The translations under genes were made by a program, and so were the position numbers. The notes under the pieces are model-generated. The model worked only from the letters and a program-made list of their open reading frames with translations. It made no database searches and had not been told where the DNA came from. From positions 88,290,001 to 88,354,000 of the forward strand of contig NC_086097.1 in NCBI RefSeq assembly GCF_963921235.1: a stretch of DNA of 64,000 bases, written 5' to 3'. This stretch comes from Mobula hypostoma. Its lineage: Eukaryota. This document shows, in pieces, positions 13,211-25,520 of this stretch (position 1 is its first letter; each line of letters begins with the position of its first letter).

Positions 13211-13742
13211 GTTGAGATGAGAAAAATTCTTCATCCAGAGGGTAGTAGATCTTTGGAGTTCCTTAATCAAGGGCATGGAGGCTCTGTTGCTGAGTACATT
13301 CAAAATAAAGATCCGTAAATTTTAGGATATTATGGGAGTTCAGGAATATGGGGTTTAAGTAGGAATGTAGAACCGAGATCAGCCATGATCTCATTGAATG
13401 ACATAGAGGGCCTGAGTGGCTTCCTTCTGGTTTGGTTCTGTTGTTCTGAAGCTGTTAATGATTAAGGTGAGAGGAGAAAGATTTAATAGAAATTTGAGGG
13501 ACAACTTATCTTTACACAAACTGTGGTACAGTATGTAGGTGGAACAAGTTGCCAGAGGAAGTAGTTTTGAGGCAAGTACAACAATAACATTTAAAAGTCT
13601 GTTGGAGAGGTACATGATAGGAAAGCTTTAGAACCTTGTGGGCCACATGCTGGCAAATGGGACTAGTTTGGATAGGCATCTTAGTTGGCATGGACCAGCT
13701 GGGCTGCGGAGCTTGTTTACCATGTAGCATGACTGACTCTGA
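13210..13742 (+). mobile_element. Two short CR1 3'-end fragments
   Basis: MRKILHPEG/LWSSL and KVRGERFNRNLR..WNKLPEEVV remnants, each followed by a CR1 3' UTR. Confidence 0.7.
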
Positions 13743-13803
13743 GTTCATTTAATGCAGTACACCAGCTCTACAATGGTGGCTCACAAACTACCTCCCACTT
13801 CCC

Positions 13804-14615
13804 AAACAACAGGAATTCTGCAGATGCTGGAAATTCAAGCAACACACATAAAAGTTGCTGGTGAACACAGCAGGCCAGGCAGCATCTGTAGGAAGAGGTG
13901 CAGTCGACGTTTCAGGCCGAGACCCTTCGTCAGGACTAACTGAAAGAAGAGTGAGTAAGGGATTTGAAAGTTGGAGGGGGAGGGGGAGATCCAAAATGAT
14001 AGGAGAAGACAGGAGGGGGAGGGATGGAGCCAAGAGCTGGACAGGTGATTGGCAAAAGGGGTATAAGAGGATCATGGGACAGGAGGTCCAGGAAGAAAGA
14101 CAAGGGCGGGAGGGACCCAGAGGATGGGCAAGGGGTATATTCAGCGGGACAGAGGGAGAAAAAGGAGAGTGAGAGAAAGAATGTGTGTATAAAAATAAGT
14201 AACAGATGGGGTACGAGGGGGAGGTGGGGCATTAGCGGAAGTTAGAGAAGTCGATATTCATGCCATCAGGTTGGAGGCTACCCAGATGGAATATAAGGTG
14301 TTGTTCCTTCAACCTGAGTGTGGCTTCCTCTTTACAGTAGAGGAGGCCGTGGATAGACATGTCAGAATGGGAATGGGATGTGGAATTAAAATGTGTGGCC
14401 ACTGGGAGATCCTGCTTTCTCTGGCGGACAGAGCGTAGGTGTTCAGCAAAGCGGTCTCCCAGTCTGCGTTGGGTCTCGCCAATATATAAAAGGCCACATC
14501 GGGAGCACCGGACGCAGTATATCACCCCAGCCGACTCACAGGTGAAGTGTTGCCTCACCTGAAAGGACTGTTTGGGGCCCTGAATGGTGGTAAGGGAGGA
14601 AGTGTAAGGGCATGT
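13804..14615 (-). mobile_element. Penelope-like element 3' end: GIY-YIG endonuclease, pyrimidine-rich UTR, pseudo-LTR
   Basis: Open frame FTCESAGVIYCVRCSRCGLLYIGETQRRLGDRFAEH..VATHF..EQHLIFHLGSLQPDGMNIDF to stop at 14232; pLTR about 13804-13940. Confidence 0.92.
13902..13937 (-). ncRNA. Minimal type I hammerhead ribozyme motif (Penelope-associated)
   Basis: Minus strand AGUC-CUGACGA-AGG(GUCUCGG)CCU-GAAA-C-GUC-GACU: intact core, stem I AGUC/GACU, stem II AGG/CCU, GUC cleavage triplet, vestigial palindromic stem III. Confidence 0.8.
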
Positions 14616-15189
14616 GTCGAAGAAAGTGTCCCGAAGGTGTGGGAGGGTCTGGGATAGGGACACCAAGTACCTCCCTTGGTCAATTTCTGCCTGTTGCTGG
14701 GCAGTTTACCTTGGTGTATGAATGGAAGGGTGGTGAAGACCTGGGGGTCATATAGCAAATTGTGCAGGCTGAGAGGGTGAGGCACTACATAGTGAGCAAA
14801 TGGAAGATGTTTTGCAACAGCAGCAGTCCTCGGTGTGTGACTGAGAGTGGGCAGAAGCACAGTAATGTGCAATCCTGTTTTTGTGGGAGCTGTCCCAGTC
14901 AAGGTTATGAGGGTCCACCATCGTCTGCAGAGGCTGAAAGCTGGTTTCTCAGGTATTCAATTATTATTTTTGACTGACAATAATTCTGAGATACATTTCT
15001 GTGGCAATTTCTAACATTAGCCATTAATCAATCAGCAAACAAAATGGAGCAGACATCGATAGGTTGTATCAGTATTTTATGAATGTAATATAATTGTCAA
15101 ATAAAGCAAATTTGATTTGTATGATTTATGCATTATTTTAAATCTCAGAAGGATGATCCAGTGCTTCAGCAGTGTACTGCCATACATCA

Positions 15190-16990
15190 TTGGAACACAG
15201 AATGGTACAGTACAGGAACACACCCTTTAGCCCACTATGTCCACATTGACATGATGCCAATCTAAACTAATGTTTGCCTACCCTCTTCCATATTTGTCTA
15301 TTCTCTGCCACTTCATGTTACTTCTGTACTTGCTTCTATCAGCCTTCTTAACAGTACACTCCAGGCACTTACCATTCTCTATGTGAAGAAAATATTTGCC
15401 TTGCATATCTCCTTTAAAGTCCCCCCTCCTCTCACCTTAATTAAACCTATGCCATTTACTACTTGACATTTCAACCCTGGGATAAAGATGCTGACTCTAT
15501 CCTATCTATGCCTCTCATGACTTTATGTCCTTCGATTAGATCATCATAGCTTTCCCCGACCTCTGACATTTTTTGTCTAGCATGTCCCGTTAGCCAATAC
15601 ACCCAAATCCTGGTGAACTTTTGCAACCTCTCCGAAGCTTCCACGTCCTTTTCCTGTAGGTGACCAGAACAGCACACATTGGACTAACTGAATGGTAGAT
15701 TCCAGTTAATTGGGTCATCGATTAATTAGGGAAGTCACTTATTGGAGACACCTCTTAAAAAAGCAAAAATTAATCAAGAGAGTAGCTGGGACTCCCTTCA
15801 TTTATTTGAGACTCTGTGCCACTTGATTGGGACAAGAGATATGCTGAACAGTTTCTAACTAGCATCAGTTGCGTACATTTGCATGGCTGTTAAATACCAC
15901 ACTGTGCTTAGAGCAAACAGTTTTTAAATAGCGCCATTTGCATGTGCTTGTGTTCAAAAACCAGGAATTTTCGTCACTGATGGTTGGTGAGAAATAAGTA
16001 GTAAGACAACTCAGAACTCTTTGCTCACTGTGATTTCAAGCATTCAGTCTTGGAGATTCCAGAAATGTCTGGGAGTGAAAAACGGAATGATTTCATGACT
16101 TAAGTTAGAACTACGACGAAATTGAAAGTTTTGACTATCTCCTTGAATGTTACAATGAAAATGAAGATTTGAAGGATACAATAATCAAAACCATTGTATG
16201 AAGGCAATCTATTATCTGCACTGTCTGTGCTTTTTTTTCAATAACCATCAAAAGAACACAGAGTAATGGGTGAATTCCTCCAGCAATAACTATTAGGAAC
16301 TAAAACAGCTTTACAGTACTGTAGTAGTATTCATTCTCTATTTCATTTAAATACTGTACTTAATTTGATACTCAGTTAAATGGTAGTTTGTCTTTTTATA
16401 TCTTTTTAACTATTTCCATGGATCTTCAGCTAATCGGGGCAGCCCCATAATTGGGCTAAAATATACTGGTCTGCTGGGTCCCAATTAACAAGAATCTGTT
16501 GTATTTATACTGTTACAAGATGACTTCCCAACTTGTATACTCAAAGTCCCGACAGATGAAGGCAAGTATGTTAGATGCCGCCTTTGCTATCCCATCCACT
16601 TTGTTTTGCCATTTTCAGGAGCTTTAGACCTGCATATCAATGCTCCTGAGGTTCCTGGCATTCAGACCTTCAGAATGTATTATTTCATGCTGACCCAGAT
16701 TCAACTCCACCTATCATTTCTCTACACAACCTTCCAGCATATCTTTTGGGAACTTTGCTCATTATCCACAACTGCACCTTCTTTGATGTCAGCTGCAAAA
16801 TTACTATTCAGACTGTCTACATTTTTTATTCGTAACATTAATGTATAGTACCAACAATAGAGGTCCCAGTACCAATCCTTGCAGAGCATCACTCTCACAG
16901 ACCTCCAGTGCTACTTATCCAATTGTGGATCCAATTACCAACTCACAATGGATCTCGTGGGACTTAATCTTCTGGACCTGCCTACCATGT
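15190..16990 (-). mobile_element. Degraded CR1 3' portion, split by a MITE
   Basis: DDLIEGHKVMRGIDRIES and RT remnants on minus; CR1 tail near 15190. Confidence 0.7.
15693..16501. mobile_element. pogo/Tigger-like non-autonomous DNA transposon
   Basis: TIRs TGGTAGATTCCAGTTAATTGGG / CCCAATTAACAAGAATCTGTTG with TA on the right; inverted internal fragment of the same family at about 19230-19425. Confidence 0.65.
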
Positions 16991-17380
16991 TGCTGATTAA
17001 TTGTTCCTCTGACATACAGTAGAGTGTGTTCCTTGAGGAATTGCTCATCTGCCACACTCCCAATTTTGCGCAGTTCTGAATATTCAAATTGAGGAAAATG
17101 AAAATGCCTGCAAATAAACATTGCTGCAGTCTGTGACAATGCTGAAGAAAAGCTAAGTTTAGCAGCTGTGAAGTGGAATAGTTGAATAAATTTGTCACCT
17201 ATGTGATATTCTACACATTTTACAACAGGTTCTTTGCAGAAAATGCAGAGAAAGCAGTTTATTTTGAGATGGATTTTTACCTGGAGCAGAAAATAATTAA
17301 TGGTTACTTATAAATGTCATTAACTCACAATTTCAGGTGATCTGCCATTGACTGCTTGAGAACATTTCTCCACAGTGGTA

Positions 17381-18549
17381 CGGTGCCCTTAAAAAGTGTT
17401 AACCTCCCTTGGAAGTTTTCTTGTTTTATTGTTTTACAAGATTGAATCACTGTAGATTTAATTTGGTGTTTTGAAACTGATCAATGGAAAAAGACACTTT
17501 TGTGTCAAAGTGAGCAGAGATCTCTACAAAGCGATCTAAATTAATTACAAGTGTAAAACAAAATAATTGATTGCATAAGTATTCACTCCCTTCAAGTCAG
17601 TATTTAGTAGATGCACCTTTGGCAACAATTACAACTTTTAGTCTATGTGGATAGGTCTCTATCAGCTTTGCACATCTGGACACAACAATTCTCCCCATTC
17701 TTTACAAAACTGTTCAAACTCTGTCAAATTTCGTGGGGTTCATGAGTGAACAGCCCTTTTCAAGTTCAGCCACACATTCTCAATTGGATTGACATCTGGA
17801 CTGTAACTTAGCCATTCCAGGACATCAACTTTGTTGTTTTTAAGCTGTGGCTTTATATTTGGGGTCATTGTCTTGCTGGAAAACAAATCTTCTCCCAAGT
17901 TGCAGTTCTCTTGCAGACTGCATTAGGTTTTCCTCAGGATTTCCCTGTATTTTGCTGCATTCATTTTACCCTCTACCTTCACAGCAGATTTACAGCTGTG
18001 CCGTATTCTTTCTATTACTCAATGATTGACTTAACTGTGCTCCAAGGGATATTCAGTGATTTGGAAATTTTCTTGTATCCATCTCCTGACTTGTGCTTTT
18101 TCAATAACCTCTTCATGGAGTTGCTTGGGGTGTTCTTTTGATTTCATGGTGTAGTTTTTGCCAGGATACTGACTCCCCAACAGCTAGGCCTTCCAGATAC
18201 AGGTGTATTTTTACTCCAATCAATTGAAACACCTTGACTGCACGAAGGTCTCCAAAAACTGATCTCCATTTAACTAATTAGGTGACTTCCAAAACCAATT
18301 GGCTGCCCTAGTAATGATTTGGTGTGTCATATTGAAAGGGACAGTGAATATTTATGCAATCAATTATTTTGTTTTGTATTTGTACTTAATTTAGATCACT
18401 TTGTAGAGATCTGTTTTCACTTTGACATGAAAGATTCTTTTTCTGTTGGTCAGAGTCAGAAAAGCCAAATTAAATCCACTGATTCAATGTTGTAAAAGAA
18501 TAAAACATGAAGTCTTCCAAGAGGGAGTGAATACTTTTTATAAGTACTG
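17381..18549 (-). mobile_element. Tc1-like transposon with long IR/DR-type TIRs, internally deleted
   Basis: TA on both sides; about 210-bp inverted repeats; minus-strand DDE remnants EGKMNAAKY, RRFVFQQDNDPK, SPDVNPIENVW, CAKLIETYP, KGASTKY. Confidence 0.9.
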
Positions 18550-18616
18550 TATATATGGTAAAAGAAACAAGTTAGCACCAAAACATCACAGCATATTTCA
18601 GCTTACTCATCACATA

Positions 18617-19126
18617 CAGTACTGTGTAAAAAATCTTAGGCACACATGTAACTCGGGTGTCTAAGAATTTTGTACAGTACTGTAGTAATTTTAAGTATTA
18701 CACTGAACTGCTGCTGCAAAAAAAAAACACAAATTTCATGATGTGTGAGATGATAAACCTGATTCTGATATGGGTCTCCATTATGGACTGAGTGGGAAAG
18801 AGGCAAGGAGAGAGAATCGGGATTGGGAAAAGGGTAAGGGAAAGTGAGGGGAGCAGGAAGCACCAGAGAGACATTCTATAATGATCAATGAACCAATTAT
18901 TTCGAATCAAGTGACTTTGCATGGTGCTCGGGGCTGTGTGTGTCTACACCCATGCCACCCTCACTCCTGGTACTCCTGCTTTGCCACCTGTCCCACAACC
19001 CACCTGTGGGACTCCACTCTCACCATTCCCAGCATCCTTTGCTTCTACCAGATTTACAAACTTGCTCTCTGCTCCACATTAACAAATACACTTCTGTGCA
19101 GAAGTCTTCAGCACCCTAGCTATATA
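18617..19126 (+). mobile_element. Composite Tc1-type MITE, copy 1
   Basis: 66-bp TA-flanked mini-MITE 18617-18682, about 400 bp cargo, truncated second mini-MITE from 19089; inverted copy at 22884-23412. Confidence 0.75.
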
Positions 19127-20087
19127 ATGGTTCAATTTTACATCAGAGAATGTATACAGTATACAACTTGAAATTCTTACTCTTTGCAGACATCCACAAA
19201 ACAGAATACACCCCAAAGAAATATTAGAGCTCCGGTGAACTGCCTTCGTACAGTGCTTTTGATGACAGCATTCTCAAAATCTGCATTTTCATTATTACAT
19301 TCAAGATGTCAATACCTCCACATTCTTCATAGTTCTTAACTTGCTAAGTAGTAAAATAGTTGCTGATCATTTCTGGCATCACCCAGCCTGAATGCTTGAA
19401 ACCACAATGAGCAAAAGAGTTCTGTATTGACTTCTGCATTTGGTTCTGGTTTCTGTGTCTTTTATCAGCCCTAGATTTAATTCTGACAAAGGCTCTATCT
19501 ATTTATTATTCACCTTTTTTTAAAAAAAAAATAAGTATCTTGTGTAAGTCAACAGAGCAAGCAGGGAGGTGTTCTTCTGATTCAATTTTTCTTTTGTCCT
19601 TTTCCTATCTTGTTCGGGTAAATGTTTCACCTTAAATCTGTTGACCATTTTCAACTTCACGGGGAGGTACACAAATCCTCTTGGACAGAACCAATTTGTG
19701 ACTTGATTCATGGGATTTCTTTTCAAACAAAAACAAACGGAACTGACAAGCATTAATGAATGCCATGGAAGAAATACTCCAACACCTGCAGAGTCTCTTG
19801 TGTTCACGAAATACACCAACTTTGCAAAATACAAGAACACCTAAAAGGAATGCAAATTCAATTGGATAGCTTGTTATTATTGTGACAGTGTTTAGGGGGA
19901 GATAATACTCATTGAAAATGTATTCTATATTCACTCTTTTCAATATGTCACATAATTTATTATCATTTAATTCCTAACTGCATTAGCCCTGGTTTAGTTG
20001 AACACCTTATTATTTGCTAATGAATTGTGGATGAGGAAGTGCATTTAGCCATCTTTGCTTGTCCAGCATTAAGAAGGATGATTCTCT

Positions 20088-20390
20088 GGTGGAGCAGTGG
20101 CGTAGGTAGCAGAGTCACTGCCTCAGTGTCAGTGACCTGTGTTTAGTCCTCACCTGTGGTGCTGTCTGTATGATGGTCATTAAATAATGTAGCACAGAAA
20201 CAAGCCCTTCAGCCCATCTCATCCATGCCATCCATGATGCCAGTCTAAGTTAATTCCACTTGCCTGCGTTTAGCCTGTATCCCTTTTAAATCTTTCCTAT
20301 TCATGTCCTGGTTCAAGTGCCTTTTAAATAATTTTATCTTACCTGCCTCGACACTTCTGGTAGCTCATTCAATATATACACTACCATGAG
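20088..20390. mobile_element. tRNA-derived SINE head (+, about 20088-20170) abutting a CR1 3' tail (-)
   Basis: GGTGGAGCAGTGGCGTAGGTAGCAGAGTCACTGCCTC..GGTGCTGTCTGT head typical of shark V-SINEs; then reverse CR1 tail AGCACAGAAACAAGCCCTTCAGCCC. Confidence 0.5.
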
Positions 20391-22477
20391 CCCTTTTCAT
20401 CTTAAGTCAGTTAATATTTTATGAGTACTTACTACATTGAAGATTTACAATGTAAGCACAAACACTTTATTTATTAATTCATGAGAATTTGGATCTTACA
20501 GGCAACGTTGTATTTATTGCATATTGCTAATTGCTACTTAACAGAGTAAGCCGATGGCCAACTTTAGAGAGCAAATCAGAGTCAACCACAGTACTTGGTT
20601 TAGAGGCACATATACGACAAAATGGGTAAGTCTGGCAAATTCTTTACCCCTCAAGGACCTTTATAAACTTGGAAAGCCTTTATGACAGTCCAATAAGTCC
20701 TTGTTCAGTATTTAATGATTTTGGCTTTTTTTTATTCCTGATTTATTTAATTACAGTACTTGAATTTATGTTCCTCAGCTGCCATGGTCAGTTTTGCAGT
20801 CAGGCCTCTGGATTTTTGCTGTTTGGTCGCCTAGAGCAAGAGCTTTGTATAAATTCTAATATAGAAAGAGAATTGTTGTGCTTATTTAATCTGAAAAGGT
20901 CAGCACAAAATAAATGATGAAGCATTGCTCCGTGCGGTGGTGTTTGGGATATATAAGTTCTTAAAATCCTAGGCTTGGTTTGGAGAGTTGCATTCAGGAC
21001 ATTGATCGAAATATGTCTGAAAAGTCTGGGGTGGGAGGACTGAAGTTGTTTTCTCTTAAAATGATATCTCACTGGATGTGGTCTTGGCTCATCTAGAGTT
21101 TAAACTGAGATAGTCTGTTGGAGAGATGTTAACTAATGTGAGATGGTAAAGTGCATAGATAGTTAAATATTTGTGTTGATAATGCACACATATTAAGTGA
21201 CTGGAAACTTTCCAATGACAATTTTGCACCTTGGTTCACCTTAATGCTGGCTTATCAGCAATTAAACAGCATGGGAGACAGATAGAGAAAGATAAAGATG
21301 GCTGGGTCTGTTTGAATTCTATATGTCTCCCTCTCTGAATTATTATATTTGAGAATATTATAGTGGCAATGAGATAAAATTGATCTTAACAAAATAGTGT
21401 AAATATCTTTAATAGTGTTTTGTGAAGTGAATTATCAGTAATGTTTCATTTTTACAGTTAAATCTCCAAAGTTATACTGTGTAAAAAAATCTGAAATAAC
21501 AACTGGACAGGTAATATATCTTGAGGGATTGAGAGAAGATTTTAATTACTATTTGGAATGTTTTAATGATTGTTAGCAATTGATATTGTAGTCAAGAAAA
21601 GGGAAATGATGTTCCTACCAATTTTGGACCCTGCAGATTTTTGATGTCACAAAATTCTTGGTAGGACAAAGAAATTGGTGGTTTTTCTCACACAGGACTG
21701 ATTAAAACCTTATCAATGCATTTTAAGCCCAAAATAATTCTAAATATAGAATACTTCAGACCTCACCATCAGCATCAAGAAGAAAAGCTCTGTTCACAAC
21801 ATCTGTGCATTGAAGGATCAGGGAAGCTCCTGTGACTTTGAAATGTTCCTTGATGATGCCCTCTGAGATCTGGTTGCCTGTTACCTCAAGGGGGAAGCTA
21901 ATTACTAATGGCTATTGTCCCAAGATCATTTAACTCTTGTCGGTCTTTGATATTTCATTGACTTTGGAACTTGTTCGAAGGGAGACTAAACATTGATTCA
22001 GCCAAAGGTGTCATTGAAAGATTTTACACAGCACCAGGATACAATATCAATATCAGAATGCAAAACAAGTCTCCTCTGTTGAGTCAGCAAATGCAGCATC
22101 CTCAGAAATGCACTCCCCAAATAATTGCAGGTACATTATTTTTGATAGAACCAATCAACAATTTTCCTTCATACTGCAGCAGGAAAGGTTTAATAGTTGT
22201 GGAAAAATAATGTACTTACAGAAAATATGCAAAAGTGATTATCTTTCAGTTCATGCACACAGAATGCGGTGGACTTAAATAGACTAGTGGTAGAGACATT
22301 TTATGCTGTTAACTGTTGGCGGAAATGAAAGGAATGGAAATTGAATTAACCTTCTGGTGAATCTTGGTCAGCATTGGACAGCTGGGCCTTGGGGCCTATT
22401 TCCATACTGAATAATTCTATATACCCAGAAGGAAAATCAGAGTGCATGTAGCTGGACACCAAGTATACATGCCACTT

Positions 22478-22850
22478 AGACCATAAGACCTAGGAATTGA
22501 ATTAGGCCATTCAGACCATTGTGTTTGCTCTGCTATTCATCCCTCTCAACCCTGTACATCTGAGCCTGGATCCCTCTCAACCCTATACACCTGCCTTATC
22601 CTTTGATGCCCTGAAACAAAGGAAACTATCAACTTCGGCCTTAAATATACCCATGGACTTGGCCTCTACTGTAGTGTGTAGTACAGAATTCCACAGACTT
22701 ACTACTCTCTGGCTAAAAAAAAGATCCTCCCCTTACCTCTGTTCTAAAAGGTTGCCCCTCAATTTTGAGGCTGTGCCCTCTAGTTCTGGATATCCCCACC
22801 ATAGGAAACATCCTCTCCACATCCACCTTATCTAGTCCTTTCAACATTCG
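22478..22850 (-). mobile_element. CR1 3' fragment
   Basis: Reverse CR1 3' end (TRGHSLKIEG, VVSLWNS) and tail GACCATAAGAC. Confidence 0.75.
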
Positions 22851-22883
22851 GTAAGTAATGGGGTGCCCCCTGAGGCCATTATA

Positions 22884-23412
22884 CAATACTGTACAAAAAT
22901 CTTGAGCACATATGTACAGCTAAGGTGCGTAAGACTTTTGCACATTATTGTATTTGTTAATGTAGAGCGAAGAGCAAGTTTGTAAATCTGGTGGGAGCAA
23001 AGGATGTTGGGAATGGTGATTGTGGAGCACCACAGGAATGTTGTGGGACAGATGGTCGTGGGCCAGGGGTGGAGAGGTGGCACAAACACTGAGACACCAG
23101 GCAAAGTCATTTTATTCCAAACCTTTTTTTTTTATTGATCATTACAGAAATTCTCTCTGGTACTTCCTGCTCCCTCCCTTCTCCCTTCCTCCTCCCTTCC
23201 TCTTTTCACAACCATGATTTCCCTCTCCTTGCCCATTTCCACTCAGTCCACACTAGAGACCAATATCAGAATCAGGTTTATCGTCATTCACATGTGTCAT
23301 GAAATCTTTTTTTTGCTGCAGCAGTACAGTGCAATACAAAAAATTACTATAGTGCTATGCAAAAGTCAGGCACCTTAGCTATATATATGTGCCTAAGGTG
23401 TTTGCACAGTAT
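22884..23412 (-). mobile_element. Composite Tc1-type MITE, copy 2
   Basis: Mini-MITEs at 22884-22950 and 23350-23412 flank cargo that is the reverse complement of 18690-19085. Confidence 0.75.
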
Positions 23413-24169
23413 ACAAGGGGAAGCTCAGGTTGTGCCCCTTGGCCTCAAGGGTTCAAATTCCATCAAGTACAGAGGCAAAGGTTGGATGTTGCAACTGGTA
23501 TTAGTGGGGGCAGAGGAAGAGCCCTTTATTAATGAGTGGGGTGGAACTGATTGAAAAGGATCAACCTGAACAAATCTACTGCTCACAAAGCAAATAAGGC
23601 ATTCACAATGTGCACTCTCGAAAGTGTTAGATAGATATCCTTTAAAGAAGGCTATAGGAAGATGAAGGATGTCAAAGTCAAAGTTCAGCTGTTAAGAAGA
23701 AGTCATCCACATCCTCCAAGCTTTGATCTGGCCCTGTACCTTGAAGGAAGTGACTGAGAATAGACTAAATCTGTTAGAGAAAGATGGCATCCCGTCATGC
23801 AATGAGGAGAGTGACTGGACAGTTCCTATTGTAGATCTACTCCAGTACAAGGCAATGAGTCAATGTGTTGACTACAAGATCAAGATGAATCACTGTGAAA
23901 GCTGAAACATATTGCTTAACACCACTGTTTTCTTTCCAGCCTTGCTGGCTAAGCTTCTTCAGTACACTGGATTTGTGCTTTGCATACTAATACTGGAGAT
24001 CTCATAAGTCTATCTTCACATTAATGCCTAGAAGGAACTGGTTAAACATTAATACCTTGCCTAGGGTTCCAACAGCATTAGTCATTCTCCAGCATACCAT
24101 GGATCAGATTTTGTCAGTTCTGTTTTATGGATACCTGTACTTATGAAGCATCTATCAACATTGGTGGAG

Positions 24170-24333
24170 TTAAAAACGCAAACACGAGGAAAGCTGCAGA
24201 TGCTGGAATTTCAATCAACACACATAAAAGTTGCTGGTGAACGCAGCAGGCCAGGCAGCATCTCTAGTACCTCTTCCTAGAGATGCTGCCTGGCCTGCTA
24301 CGTTCACCAGCAACTTTCATGTGTGTTGCTTGG
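24170..24333. repeat. Fold-back element of two inverted Penelope pLTR ends
   Basis: Arms 24216-24267 and 24277-24328 (50/52 complementary), matching the pLTR at 13805-13895; flanked by 13-bp direct repeat AACA(T/C)TGGTGGAG. Confidence 0.85.
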
Positions 24334-25399
24334 AACACTGGTGGAGGTTGTGTTTACATTACAGCTTTTACAGCAAAGTCAACTAACTTCACAGATCCAA
24401 TAAAGGCTGTTTGACCTGAAATGTAACTCTGTTCCTCTTTGCGCAAATGCTGCCTGACTAGCTGAGTCTCTGTTGTTATAACACTTCTCAGTTTGTTTTG
24501 CATCAATTTGAGCTCTTCCTAAAACAGAGAGGTTTGCCTCATTTTGTCCCCACCCAATAACCAATGGTGCAGTTGAACAGGCTGTTCAAGCCTTCAAGAA
24601 GGCCTAGGTGAAACAGGATTCTCAGTATGTTCCTTCTTCCTAAATGCTGGCTCAATTTTTATTTGCATACTGGAACATACTTCACACGGTGATTTCAAGG
24701 ATACCTGGAAAGTTTCTGAAGCATAAACCTTGCTCTCAGCTGGCTGTGCTCACGCTTGACATGTCATCCACTTTTTCCAAATGTCAATTGCAGCCTTTGA
24801 AAGTCTGTGGTATGATAACTAGGCCTCTCAGGGGAGATGGTGATGGCCTGGGATTTCAGACATCCAGAGTGCCTGTGGATTTCCAGAGAAATTACCAAGG
24901 CGTGAGGACCTTTGACCTACATAGCACCAATGGAATTAGACATGTTCACAGCCATGTTGATCACCTCTTGCCTTCAAGAGTTCTAACACCCCTGGCAAAT
25001 GTGTTTCATGATCAATTCAGGGATATTGAAGACTTTGCTTCACATAAGACTGTAGCCCCAGGCCTCACCAGCATCTGCTACTCTTGAAGAAATATGTTCT
25101 CTGCAGGAATGGAATGCACTAAAGAGATTTGACCTTTGCATTGGTCATAGCTGATTAGGTTTGGTTCATTGTCAACAGGTTCTATAAGTGATCAGAACAA
25201 TTTCTGAACTTGTTCTGTGATTGATCAATCTGCTTCATTCAAGACTTCAGACTTTACATTGTGTTAATTTATGTGCTCTTATTAAGGGAAGTTTATCTGA
25301 AGAGGAAGGAGTGTGGTATATCAAGTTGTGTAATTTATGTTTGTCCATCTTTGATAGCCCATGGTAGCTCTTTGGTGCTTGATGGAGGCAAAGAGATGG

Positions 25400-25520
25400 A
25401 ATCTGGAGGAACTCAGTATGTCAAGCAGCATCTACGGAGGGATATGGACAGTTGACATTTCAGACTGTCCACTTCCCTCTCTTAGATGCTGCCTAACCTG
25501 AGTTCTCCACCTTCTGTGTG
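25400..25520. repeat. Older Penelope-pLTR fold-back element inside the Gypsy 3' LTR
   Basis: GGAGGAACTCAG..GCAGCATCTA..GGACAG / CTGTCC..TAGATGCTGC..CTGAGTTCTCC inverted arms. Confidence 0.65.

Noticed and set aside
13788..14245. Overlapping Pro-rich and Gly/Arg-rich ORFs
   Set aside because: Low-complexity Penelope 3' UTR
17229..17312. Possible plus-strand exon FFAENAEKAVYFEMDFYLEQK
   Set aside because: No good donor and no recognisable homology
19520..19943. Two minus-strand ORFs of about 100 aa
   Set aside because: No recognisable domain; weak donor; compatible with chance
21458..21510. Plus-strand AG..GT bounded 53-nt exon candidate (KSPKLYCVKKSEITTGQ)
   Set aside because: Overlaps the start of the degraded Gypsy gag; no recognisable protein or partner exons
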